A stretch of DNA of 64,000 bases. Source: an uncultured Elusimicrobia bacterium (GTDB lineage Bacteria; Elusimicrobiota; Elusimicrobia; UBA1565; UBA9628). Below the pieces are notes generated by a model, which was given only the letters and a program-made list of their open reading frames with translations, searched no databases and was not told the origin of the DNA. Each line of letters opens with the position of its first letter. The stretch's first letter is position 1. This document shows positions 16,501 through 24,656 of this stretch, piece by piece. Made by a program: the position numbers and the translations under genes. Location: contig CBDIQC010000001.1 of the NCBI GenBank assembly GCA_965283875.1, forward strand, positions 2,070,110 to 2,134,109, given 5' to 3'.

Positions 16501-17616
16501 CCTGGGGCTCGAGGGCGGCTCGGTGGCCGCGCAGCAGGCCGCCCATGGTCTCGAGGATGGCGTTCTCGCGCAGGGCGCGGGCCTCTTCGGCCTGCGCGGG
16601 CTCGGCGCCGTTTTTGGCGGCGAGCTGGGCGTACCGGGCGACGGCTTTGTCGGCGTGCGCGATGGCCCGCACGTGGGAGAGGGGGCTTCCCGTGTTCAGC
16701 AGCTCCACGGCTTTGAGCGCGCTGCGGTCGGCGGCGCGCTCGAGCTGCTCGTCGGCGCTCGCGCCCTCGGGCCGCGCCGCGCGCGCCTTGAAGCTGTAGA
16801 GGAGCAAGGTCTGGTTGTCGCGCATCACGAGGTGGCCGTCTTGCAGGAGCGTCTGCACCAAGACGCCGCCGCGTTCCTCGGCCAGGCCCATGGATTCGAC
16901 GGCGTCGTGCACCACGGCCCAGGACACGCGTCCGCCGCTGAGCGTGTTCTCCTGGAGGTGGCGCAGGAACGCGGCGGACTGGTAAGAGGTGGGCTTCCAT
17001 TCGCCGCCGCCCAGCGCGCCGGCGAACAGGGCCAGCGGGGCCCAGGACGCGTCGAGGCCGAGCGCCTGCAGCGCGACGACGCCGCCGACCGCGGCCGCGG
17101 CGAAGGCGTAACGCCGCCAGGCGCGCGAGGCCGTTCGCGACGGGGCGGAAGGAACGGTTTTGCCGAGCGCAGGCGGGGTCGCGGCCCGGCCCAAGGCGGG
17201 CGCGCCCGCGGCCGGACCGCCCCGCGGGCACGCGACGCGGCCTCGCGGCGCGGCGTCAGGTCGAAGGAGCGGTCGGAGCCGGCCTTGGCGCCGTCGGCGG
17301 GCGTCTCGGGCGCGGAGAAGGACGCGGCGGCGGCGGCGTGGAGCGCGGCCGCGACGGGCGCGGGCGCATCGGCGGGCGCGGCGGCGAGAGGGCCGGCGGC
17401 GGACACGGAAGCGGCGTTAAGGCGCAAAGACGGAGCGGCGACGAACGCCGGCCTCGTCAGCGGCGCCGGGAAGCGGGCGGGAGCGACGACGGACGTCAGG
17501 GCGGGGCCGGTGGGGAGCCGGACGGCCGCGCGAGCCGCCACCGCCGCCTGCGCCCCGGGCGCGAGGCCCAGCAGGAGCGCGAGGACGGCGGCGACGGCGC
17601 GCGACGGTCCCGTCAT
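13537..17616 (-). pseudogene. Atypical ClpA/ClpC-like double-AAA+ ATPase, paralog A; reading frame broken twice (near 14652-14654 and 17215-17250)
   Basis: Three ORF pieces: 16825..17616 (signal-like and Ala-rich N-terminus), 14003..17194 (novel domain plus D1: GEPGVGKT, ILFIDEIH, RRFQPIKL) and 13537..14613 (D2: GPTGVGKT, ILFDEIEKA, RIGFNAHI). The first and last pieces share a frame. Paralog B shows the uninterrupted order. Confidence 0.7.
13570..14605. repeat. Copy 1 of a ~1-kb near-identical direct repeat (D2 module of Clp-like paralog A); boundaries approximate
   Basis: By-eye nucleotide comparison with 17655-18700: long runs are identical apart from scattered substitutions, interrupted by an unrelated ~100-nt patch (about 13925-14010 versus 18005-18125). 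Confidence 0.75.
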
Positions 17617-17618
17617 CG

Positions 17619-20600
17619 TTACTTCGCTTTGACGGCGGTGAAACGTCCGGTGGACGGGTCGTAATCCACGACGGCGGCGTCGCCTTCGTTGATGGCGCCG
17701 TCGAGGATGGCGTCGGTGAGCGCGTCGGCCACGCGGCGGTTGACCAGCTGCTTGATGGGCCGCGCGCCGTAGGCGCGGTTCTCCTCGCTGTTGGCCAGGG
17801 CCAGGAGCTGCTGCTTGGCGCGCTGCGTGACGGACACCGTCAGGCGTTTGGCCTTCAGGCCTTCCATGCCTTCGAGGTCCTTGATGCGCATGTCCAGGAT
17901 GGGGCCCATGTGCTCGTCGCGCAGCTCGTTGAAGACCACCACGCCGTCCTCGCCGATGCGGTTGATGAACTCGGGGCGGTATTTGGCCTTCAGCGCGGCG
18001 ATGTAGCGCGCCTTGCGGGCCCGGGCATCCTCGGCCGACGGCGCGGCGCGGGGCGCGGCCTTGTGGTCGCCCTTGAGCGTGGCGCCGAAGCCGATGCGGG
18101 GGCGGTCGTCCTCTTCCGCGATCTGGCCCGAGAGCGAGCCGCCGAGGTTGGAGGTCATCATGATGATGGTGTTGGAGAAGTCCACCGTGCGGCCCTGGCC
18201 GTCGGTCAGGCGCCCGTCCTCGAGGACCTGCAGCAGCACGTCGAGCACCTCGGGCGCGGCCTTCTCGATCTCGTCGAAGAGGATGACGGTGTAGGGGTTG
18301 CGGCGCACCGCCTCGGTGAGCTGGCCGGCCTGGTCGTAGCCCACGTAGCCCGGAGGCGCGCCGATGAGGCGGCCCACCGCGTGTTTCTCCATGTATTCGC
18401 TCATGTCGATGCGGACCATGGCCTTCTCGGAGCCGAACACCTTCAGCGCGGTGGCGCGCGCCAGCTCGGTTTTGCCGACGCCGGTGGGGCCCATGAACAG
18501 GTAGGACGCGATGGGCTGCTTGGGGTCGCGCAGGCCGGCGCGGCCGCGTTTGACGCCGGCGGCCACGGCCTCGACGGCCTCGTCCTGGCCGACGACGCGG
18601 CTGCGCAGCTGGTTGGGGAGGTCCTTGATCTTCACGCGGTCGTCGGTGCCGATGTCGCCGGCGGGGATGCCGGTGCGCGACTCGACCTCGGCGGCGAGGT
18701 CCTCGGGGCGCACGTCGGTGCGCACGGGTTTGCCGGCGGCCTTGGCCTCGGAGGCCAGGAGCTCGACCTCGGCGGACGCGTCGTCCATCAGGTCGAGGGC
18801 GGAGTCGGGGAGCTGGCGGGCCTTGATGTAGCGCGACGCGAGCTCGACGGCCTTCTTCACGGTTTCAAACGCGATGGTGACGCCGTGTTTCTTCTCGTAA
18901 AGCGGCTTGACGCCCTCGAGGATGTCCACGGCCTGGTCGGGGGACGGGGCATCGAGCTTGATGGGCTGGAAGCGGCGTTCGAGCGCGCCGTTTTTCTCGA
19001 TGCGGCGAAGCTCCTCGGAGGTGGTGGCGCCGATGACGGAGATGGAGCCGTCGGAGAGCGCTTCCTTAAGGATGTTGGCGGCGTCCATGCCGCCTTCGGA
19101 GGAGCCGGCCCCGACGAGCTTGTGGATCTCGTCGATGAAGAGGATGACCTTGCCTTCGGACTTGCGGGTCTCCTCGATGACGGCCTTCATGCGCTCCTCG
19201 AACTCGCCGCGGTACTTGGTGCCCGCGACGAGCGCGTTGAGGTCCAGGCGGATGACGTTCTTGCCCGCGAGTTTGGGGAGGTTCCCGTCCACGATCATCT
19301 GCGCGATGCCTTCGACGACGGCGGTTTTGCCGACGCCGGCCTCGCCGTGCACGAGCGGGTTGTTCTTCTGCACGCGCAGGAGGACCTTCACGATCTTGCG
19401 GATGTCGTCCTTGCGGCCGATGAGCGGGCGCAGCTTGCCTTCGACGGCCAGGCGCGTGACGTTGACGCCGAACTTGTGCAGGTTCTCGTAGGCCTTGTCG
19501 TCTTCGGCGATGAGGGGGAACTTGGAGGCGGCCGGGGCGGTGGCCTCTTCGGTGGTGCGGCCGTGCCCGACGAACTGGCGCATCAAGGTCAGGCCGGAGA
19601 CCACGCTTTCGCCGTGTTCGCCCTGCTTGACCTGCTCGCTGGGGCCGACCTCTTTGAGGACGGTGTTGGCGAACTGGCGCAACACGCCGCTGATGACGGG
19701 GTCCGCGCCGTCCACGGAATAATGGATCTCCTCGGCGACCGCGGCGGCGGCCTTGAGCTGGGCGAGCTTGGAGTCGTTCTCCGCGCCGGGGTTGCGCTTG
19801 AGGTAGGCGCTGTAGTCGCGCAGCGTCACGCGGAACAGCTCGATGGCGGCGTTTTTATAGACGGACCGCAGCTCGGGGAGGAGGTCGGCGCGGCCCGCGA
19901 GCTCGGCCTCGCGCAGGGCGCGGCCGATGTGCGTCACGGCCCGGGAGCTGTTGACGAAGGTCTGCTGGGAGAGGAGGCGCACGCCCGTGTTGTAGTGCCC
20001 GTACAAGGTCTTCATGCGCTCGTCGGAGTGGTCGGCCGCGGCGCCCTGGCCGGCGGTGGAGTACACGTAGCCGATGGAGAAGCTCGCGACGTCGCCGCGC
20101 GCGGCGAGGAGCTGGAAGGCGCGGGCGGTCGTGCCGGTCATCAGGCCGGCCTTGTGGCCGACGGCGTTGAACTCGGGGATGTCGATGCGGTGGCCGGGCT
20201 TGAACGTGGCGGCCATGGCCGCGCGCAGGCGGTCGAGCTGCTCGGGCGTGGGGTCGCCGGGCGCCATCGCGGTGGTGCCCGCCATGGCGGCGAGCGAGGC
20301 GAAGGTCCCGACGTCGAGGCCGAGGGCCTGGAACACGACGGCGGCGACGCCGGCGCCGGCCATCAGCATGTATTGGGAGCGGCGAGACGGCGAAATCGAC
20401 GGGATGGAGAACGCGCCGCGCGGCGAAGCGGCGGAAGCGGGCGCGAGCGGGGCGGCGCCTACGGAGAGCGAGCCCGAAACGGGCGCGTCGGCGGCGGCCG
20501 CGTCTTTGCGGGAGAGCGTGGCGTCGAATTCTCGGCCCGCGTCGGACTTGGCGGAGGCCTCCGAGGCGTCGGGCGCGGCGGCGGCGGCGGCGGAGACGCC

Positions 20601-20933
20601 GGCGGCTTCGAGCACGATGCGCGGCGCGTCGGCCGCCGCGGCGGCGGGCGCCGGGGCGACGGGCGCGTCGGCCGGGGAAACGATGGAAGGCGCGATGCGC
20701 AGCGAGGCCGTAGGCGAAATCGAAGGCGCCGAGAGCGTGAGGGCGGGAGAGGTCGTGGTCAAGCCGCCGACGAGCGGGGCGGGGCGGGCGAAGGCCGCGC
20801 CTCCGGAGGGCGCCACGCGCACGGTCGCGCGGGCGACGGTCGCGAAGGCCTCGGGGGCGCCGGGCATGGTCAGGAGGAAAGCGGCGAGCACGACGCGAGA
20901 CGTCAGGGCGAGTCGGTTCATTTTGTTCTCCAC
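17619..20933 (-). CDS. Atypical ClpA/ClpC-like double-AAA+ ATPase, paralog B (intact, 1104 aa)
   Basis: D1 GEAGVGKT/ILFIDEIH/RRFQPIKLDAP; short D1-D2 linker with no M-domain; D2 GPTGVGKT/ILFDEIEKA/GRTVDFSNTIIMMTSN; RIGFGATLK loop. The N-terminal 480 aa comprise a signal-like segment, an Ala/Pro-rich stretch, a hydrophobic segment YMLMAGAGVAAVVFQALGLD and an unrecognised helical domain. Confidence 0.85.
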   Translation of the reverse strand: MENKMNRLALTSRVVLAAFLLTMPGAPEAFATVARATVRVAPSGGAAFARPAPLVGGLTTTSPALTLSAPSISPTASLRIAPSIVSPADAPVAPAPAAAAADAPRIVLEAAGVSAAAAAAPDASEASAKSDAGREFDATLSRKDAAAADAPVSGSLSVGAAPLAPASAASPRGAFSIPSISPSRRSQYMLMAGAGVAAVVFQALGLDVGTFASLAAMAGTTAMAPGDPTPEQLDRLRAAMAATFKPGHRIDIPEFNAVGHKAGLMTGTTARAFQLLAARGDVASFSIGYVYSTAGQGAAADHSDERMKTLYGHYNTGVRLLSQQTFVNSSRAVTHIGRALREAELAGRADLLPELRSVYKNAAIELFRVTLRDYSAYLKRNPGAENDSKLAQLKAAAAVAEEIHYSVDGADPVISGVLRQFANTVLKEVGPSEQVKQGEHGESVVSGLTLMRQFVGHGRTTEEATAPAASKFPLIAEDDKAYENLHKFGVNVTRLAVEGKLRPLIGRKDDIRKIVKVLLRVQKNNPLVHGEAGVGKTAVVEGIAQMIVDGNLPKLAGKNVIRLDLNALVAGTKYRGEFEERMKAVIEETRKSEGKVILFIDEIHKLVGAGSSEGGMDAANILKEALSDGSISVIGATTSEELRRIEKNGALERRFQPIKLDAPSPDQAVDILEGVKPLYEKKHGVTIAFETVKKAVELASRYIKARQLPDSALDLMDDASAEVELLASEAKAAGKPVRTDVRPEDLAAEVESRTGIPAGDIGTDDRVKIKDLPNQLRSRVVGQDEAVEAVAAGVKRGRAGLRDPKQPIASYLFMGPTGVGKTELARATALKVFGSEKAMVRIDMSEYMEKHAVGRLIGAPPGYVGYDQAGQLTEAVRRNPYTVILFDEIEKAAPEVLDVLLQVLEDGRLTDGQGRTVDFSNTIIMMTSNLGGSLSGQIAEEDDRPRIGFGATLKGDHKAAPRAAPSAEDARARKARYIAALKAKYRPEFINRIGEDGVVVFNELRDEHMGPILDMRIKDLEGMEGLKAKRLTVSVTQRAKQQLLALANSEENRAYGARPIKQLVNRRVADALTDAILDGAINEGDAAVVDYDPSTGRFTAVKAK
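17655..18700. repeat. Copy 2 of the ~1-kb near-identical direct repeat (D2 module of paralog B); boundaries approximate
   Basis: See copy 1. The encoded proteins are identical over DLAAEVESRTG...NLGGSLSG and YRPEFINRIG...DAAVVDYDP apart from a few residues. Confidence 0.75.
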
Positions 20934-21062
20934 GGGCTAAGTATAAGGAGGTGTGAGCCCGGGCGGCGGGGTCTAACGGGCCAAGCCGGGCAGGCAATAG
21001 GCCTGCGTGGAAAGCGTGACGGGAGGCCTAGAGCCCTTGGGTCCTGCGGCCCGTCAGCTTGG

Positions 21063-21572
21063 TCATTTCGCCGCGGGCTTAAACGACGCGCGGAAGGCGT
21101 CGAAGGCGGGGTCGGGGGCTGCGTCGAGCGGCCAGGCGTGTTCGAGGGCGTAGAAGCCGTCCGGCGTTTCGAGCGCGACAACGCGGCCGTTTTCGGAGCG
21201 CGGCCCGCCGTGGATGTTGGGGCGCGGGCGCTCGTAGGTCGCCTCGAGCGCGCCCGGGGGCGGCAAGGGGCGGGGCGGCCCGCTCAACGAGAGCGCCTGC
21301 GAGGCGACGTAGGCGGACGCGGAGCGCCACGGGCCGTCTTTGGCGTAGAACGACACCGCGATGAGCTGGGAGAACGGCTTGTCCCCGCCCGGCGGGCCGA
21401 AGAAGGTGACGCGGCGCGCGCCGCGCGCGGCGTCGTCGCAGCCGCCAGCCGCCGGGCAAGGTCGCCTCGAAGGCGCCGTCCGCGGCGCGCACACGACGGG
21501 CGCGGAGTCGCTCGCGAACAACTGCGACACCGACAGCACGGCCGCGAGCAGCAGCAGGCGCGAGGCGCTCAT
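21063..21572 (-). CDS. Hypothetical secreted protein
   Basis: 169-aa ORF with signal peptide MSASRLLLLAAVLSVSQLFA. No recognisable motif; coding status rests on ORF length, the signal peptide and the upstream promoter. Confidence 0.45.
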   Translation of the reverse strand: MSASRLLLLAAVLSVSQLFASDSAPVVCAPRTAPSRRPCPAAGGCDDAARGARRVTFFGPPGGDKPFSQLIAVSFYAKDGPWRSASAYVASQALSLSGPPRPLPPPGALEATYERPRPNIHGGPRSENGRVVALETPDGFYALEHAWPLDAAPDPAFDAFRASFKPAAK

Positions 21573-21652
21573 CGGCGAGCCCCCGAGGCCCGTCGTTTCG
21601 TCAGGGCCCCGCCCAGTTCGCGCGCGGTTCGGGATAGGGGGTCCACGACGAC

Positions 21653-21681
21653 AGGATAGGCCCGGCAGCCCCTCCTTTCAA
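21653..21681 (-). promoter_or_regulatory. Sigma70-like promoter TTGAAA-17-TATCCT directly after the acyltransferase stop
   Basis: On the minus strand: TTGAAA (21681-21676), 17-nt spacer, TATCCT (21658-21653), then 6 nt and GTG at 21646. Confidence 0.45.
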
Positions 21682-21688
21682 GGCCCGG

Positions 21689-22597
21689 TCAGGCGGCTAA
21701 AGCGGGCCGGCCCGGCTCGGGCCAGACCGCGTGTTTGAAGCGGCGGTGGACCCACAACCATTGCTCCGGGGCGCGGCGGATGTCGGCCTCGAGCATGTCG
21801 ATGAAACGCTGGTTGTCGGCTTTGTCGTCCTCGCCGAGGAAGACCTCGGTGAACAGCACCCGCACGGAGCCGTCGGGCTCGCGGTGGTTATCGGCGCGGA
21901 TGATGGCGGCGCCGGTGCGCCGCGCGAGCGGGGCCACGGCCGCCAAGGTGTGCACGGTGGCGCCGAAGAAGCGCAGGGGCTCGCCCATCGGCGGGGGCAT
22001 GTATTGGTCGAGCACGAAGCCGACGGTGTCGCCGCGTTTGAGCTGCTTGAGGATGGAGGGCATGGTGCGGGGCTGGAAGGCGCAGGCGACGCCGGTGTCG
22101 AGGCGCCGCGCCTCCATCCAGTCGTGCAGCCAGGCGGGCTTGAGCCGGCGCGTGACGATCATGGGTTTGACGCCGGCCAGGCCGCCGGCCGCGCTGCCCA
22201 GCTCCCAGTTGGCCGAATGCCCGCCGAAGATGATGACGCCTTTGCCCTTGGCGTGCGCCGAGCGCCATTCGTCGAGCCCTTCCAGGCGGCTGACCTTCTG
22301 GGCGTACGCGCGCCAATGCCCGGGCACCGGGGAGTACATGTGGCACAGCTCCAGGAACAACACGCCGTAATGGGCGTAGTTGGCGGCGAGCAGGCGCTCC
22401 ACGGCTTCGGGCGCCAGCTCGGGCAGGCAGCGGCGCATGTTGTCGCGGCCGATGGCCGCGCGTTTGAAGTCCAGCGCGAAAAACACCTTGCCGAGCCAGC
22501 GGCCCAGCGCGAGCTCGAGGCCGCGCGGCAGGGGGGTGACGAGCAGCCCCATGCCGTGCAGCGGGACGCGCAGCAGCAGCGCGAGGACCGGGTTCAC
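21689..22597 (-). CDS. Lysophospholipid / lipid A biosynthesis acyltransferase (LpxL/HtrB family)
   Basis: GTG at 22597, 2 nt after the upstream stop. About 302 aa with IIFGGHSANWE (HX4E-type motif region), LDQYMPP and a WLWVHRRFK tail typical of the family. Confidence 0.8.
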   Translation of the reverse strand: MNPVLALLLRVPLHGMGLLVTPLPRGLELALGRWLGKVFFALDFKRAAIGRDNMRRCLPELAPEAVERLLAANYAHYGVLFLELCHMYSPVPGHWRAYAQKVSRLEGLDEWRSAHAKGKGVIIFGGHSANWELGSAAGGLAGVKPMIVTRRLKPAWLHDWMEARRLDTGVACAFQPRTMPSILKQLKRGDTVGFVLDQYMPPPMGEPLRFFGATVHTLAAVAPLARRTGAAIIRADNHREPDGSVRVLFTEVFLGEDDKADNQRFIDMLEADIRRAPEQWLWVHRRFKHAVWPEPGRPALAA

Positions 22598-22599
22598 GG

Positions 22600-23460
22600 C
22601 TAGTTCTGCGAGCTCCGGCGGGGAAGCGTGGCCAGCACGGTGCGCGCGATGCTGGGCACGAGCTGGGGCCGCAGCAGACGCGGGTCGTAGGGCGCCAGGC
22701 GCCGCTCGTTCTCGCGCAGGCACAGCTCCAGGAACTCGCGCGGGGTGATGTCGCCGAACTGGGCGTGCGCGTTCATCGTGAAGTTGTCCTGCTTGTCGGT
22801 CTCGCCTTTGACCCGCAACGCGGTCTTCACGCGGCTGATGACCTGCAGCCACATGGCCAGGCCGCGTTTGAACACGTATTGCGGGCGGCCGGCGTAGGGG
22901 AGCTGGGCCTGGTTGTAGGCGACCCAGTTGACGTGGAAGATGATGTGGCGGCCTTCCTCGGCCATGATGGGCTCGAAGAGCTTCACGAGCGCGGGCGGGA
23001 AGAAGCCCGAATCGCGCGCGAGCGCGAACAGCCCGAAGGCGAAGAAGGAGTCGAAACACTCGCCGTAACCGATGCGCATGAACGCCCAATTGGGGTCCTC
23101 GGGGCGCTCGGTCGTGTACGGCGCGACCGGGAGCTTGTAGCGGTCCACGAGGAGCCTGAGCACGTCGGCGTGGCGCTGCTCTTCGAGGCCCTGGAGGGTG
23201 ATGGCCTTCGACAGGACCGGGTCCTTCTCGTCCTCGCCCATGGCCAGCACGGCGCGCGCGGTCTGCGCCTCGGTGCTCAACGCCTCGTTCCAGATGGGCA
23301 GGGCCTGCAGCTTCGCGATGGCGGCCTCGTCGAGCTCGGGCCAAGCCAGGTCGGAGGGCTTATAGGGGTCGTGGCTGTCGATGAAGAAGGAGCACAGCAG
23401 CTCCTTGTGCTCCTTCGAGCCGATTTTGAACGGGGCGAGCGAAGCGGTGGCGGGGGTCAT
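22600..23460 (-). CDS. Ferritin-like di-iron carboxylate protein (AurF-like oxygenase fold candidate)
   Basis: Two E-x-x-H motifs (LEEQRHADV and MAEEGRHIIFH) spaced about 90 aa apart in a helical protein. No signal peptide. Confidence 0.65.
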   Translation of the reverse strand: MTPATASLAPFKIGSKEHKELLCSFFIDSHDPYKPSDLAWPELDEAAIAKLQALPIWNEALSTEAQTARAVLAMGEDEKDPVLSKAITLQGLEEQRHADVLRLLVDRYKLPVAPYTTERPEDPNWAFMRIGYGECFDSFFAFGLFALARDSGFFPPALVKLFEPIMAEEGRHIIFHVNWVAYNQAQLPYAGRPQYVFKRGLAMWLQVISRVKTALRVKGETDKQDNFTMNAHAQFGDITPREFLELCLRENERRLAPYDPRLLRPQLVPSIARTVLATLPRRSSQN

Positions 23461-23545
23461 GAGGGTTTCTCCGACGAGGATTCTACCAAATCCCGGGTCG
23501 CGCTCCTAGGTCGGCAGCGAGTGTAACTTTTCACATTACCGTTCC

Positions 23546-23574
23546 TTGACGCCGGGGCGCATAAGGCCTATCCT
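23546..23574 (+). promoter_or_regulatory. Promoter TTGACG-17-TATCCT, 6 nt before ATG 23581 (leaderless type)
   Basis: TTGACG 23546-23551, 17-nt spacer, TATCCT 23569-23574, agcccc, ATG. No Shine-Dalgarno sequence is possible in 6 nt. Confidence 0.55.
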
Positions 23575-23580
23575 AGCCCC

Positions 23581-23922
23581 ATGCGAATCCTCCCTTTCCT
23601 GCTTCTGCCGCTCCTGTCGGGCTGCGGCATCCTTTATACGGACATCAAGGTGCCGCGCGGTTACCGCTCGGCCTCGCCGTCCGAGGTCAAAGGCGCGCCC
23701 GACGATCCCACGGCCACCGGACGCTCCTGCCAGCGCAGCGCGTTGTTCCTCGTCGCCTGGGGCGACAGCTCCTACGCGAGCGCGGTCGCCGACGCGCTCA
23801 AGGGCGCGGGCCGCGACGGCATCCTCTACGACGTGAAGGCCGACATGAAGGTGAACTCCTACGTCATCGGCCTCTACACGAAGGTCTGCACCGTCGTTAC
23901 CGGCAAGGTCGCCAAGCCTTGA
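23581..23922 (+). CDS. TRL-like small lipoprotein
   Basis: Lipobox LSGC followed by GILYTDIKVPRG. C-terminus LYTKVCTVVTGKVAKP. Resembles the TRL-like family (from memory). Confidence 0.6.
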   Translation: MRILPFLLLPLLSGCGILYTDIKVPRGYRSASPSEVKGAPDDPTATGRSCQRSALFLVAWGDSSYASAVADALKGAGRDGILYDVKADMKVNSYVIGLYTKVCTVVTGKVAKP

Positions 23923-24365
23923 GCGCGGCCGCCGCCGCCGTCCTTCTCTTCTTGCTCGCGGGGCCCGCCGCGGCGGCGGGCGAAACTGAGGACGACCGCG
24001 CTTTGCCGACGATGACGAACCGCGGGAGCCTCCACCTTTTTTATCAGTCGGTGGGGCCGATGTCCTTCGTGGCGATGACGCCGCGCGACGTCCCGGCGGA
24101 CGCGCGGCTGCTCGGCGAGATTAAAAGCGTGTCCTGCCAGCGCGGGGTGTCCATCCCGTTGGCCGCCAATTTCCGCGCCACCAGCGTTTCCAACAGCTAT
24201 GGAGACGGCGGCTATCAGAAAGCCCTGGCGCTGATGAAGAAGCAGCATCCCGACCTCGAGGGCATCTACGACGTGAGGGTGGACCTCGGCATCTTCAGCC
24301 TGCTGGGCGGCATCTACCGCTCGCTGTGCACCTACGTCACCGCCCGCGGCTTCGCTAAGCCGTAG
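23919..24365 (+). CDS. Secreted paralog of the TRL-like protein
   Basis: 4-nt overlap with the upstream gene. Signal peptide; the C-terminus IYRSLCTYVTARGFAKP parallels the neighbour. Confidence 0.55.
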   Translation: MSAAAAAVLLFLLAGPAAAAGETEDDRALPTMTNRGSLHLFYQSVGPMSFVAMTPRDVPADARLLGEIKSVSCQRGVSIPLAANFRATSVSNSYGDGGYQKALALMKKQHPDLEGIYDVRVDLGIFSLLGGIYRSLCTYVTARGFAKP

Positions 24366-24642
24366 GCGCGGCGGCGGCGGCTTTCTTCTTGGAGACGCGG
24401 CGCTTCTTGGGGGGCGCCTCGAGCTTGCGACGCTCGCGCATCTGGAAGAGGGTGGCGATGCGGAAAGCGCCGCATTCGTCGTTGGACACCTTCTCGAACA
24501 GCGCGCTGAGCTTGTAGAACGCGCGCTGGCCGGTCTGGTCGGCGAGGTTCACCTTGTCGCCGGCGATCTCGATGACGAGGCCGAGCTCTCCGCTCAGCGT
24601 GTTCTTCAGCACGTCGAAGGGGCGCAGGTCGCGGGCTTTCAT
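24355..24642 (-). CDS. Small hypothetical protein with a Lys/Ala-rich basic tail
   Basis: ATG at residue 82 of ORF 24355..24885. 95 aa ending PPKKRRVSKKKAAAAAPTA. TATAAT (24654-24649) lies 6 nt upstream of the ATG. Confidence 0.5.
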   Translation of the reverse strand: MKARDLRPFDVLKNTLSGELGLVIEIAGDKVNLADQTGQRAFYKLSALFEKVSNDECGAFRIATLFQMRERRKLEAPPKKRRVSKKKAAAAAPTA

Positions 24643-24656
24643 GCCCCTATTATAGC

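Noticed and set aside
14408-21659. Giant plus-strand ORFs 14408..17632 (1074 aa) and 17910..21659 (1249 aa)
   Set aside because: They are antisense to the Clp-like genes, whose AAA+ motifs are unambiguous. Translations are low-complexity Gly/Arg/Ala/Val with no motifs.
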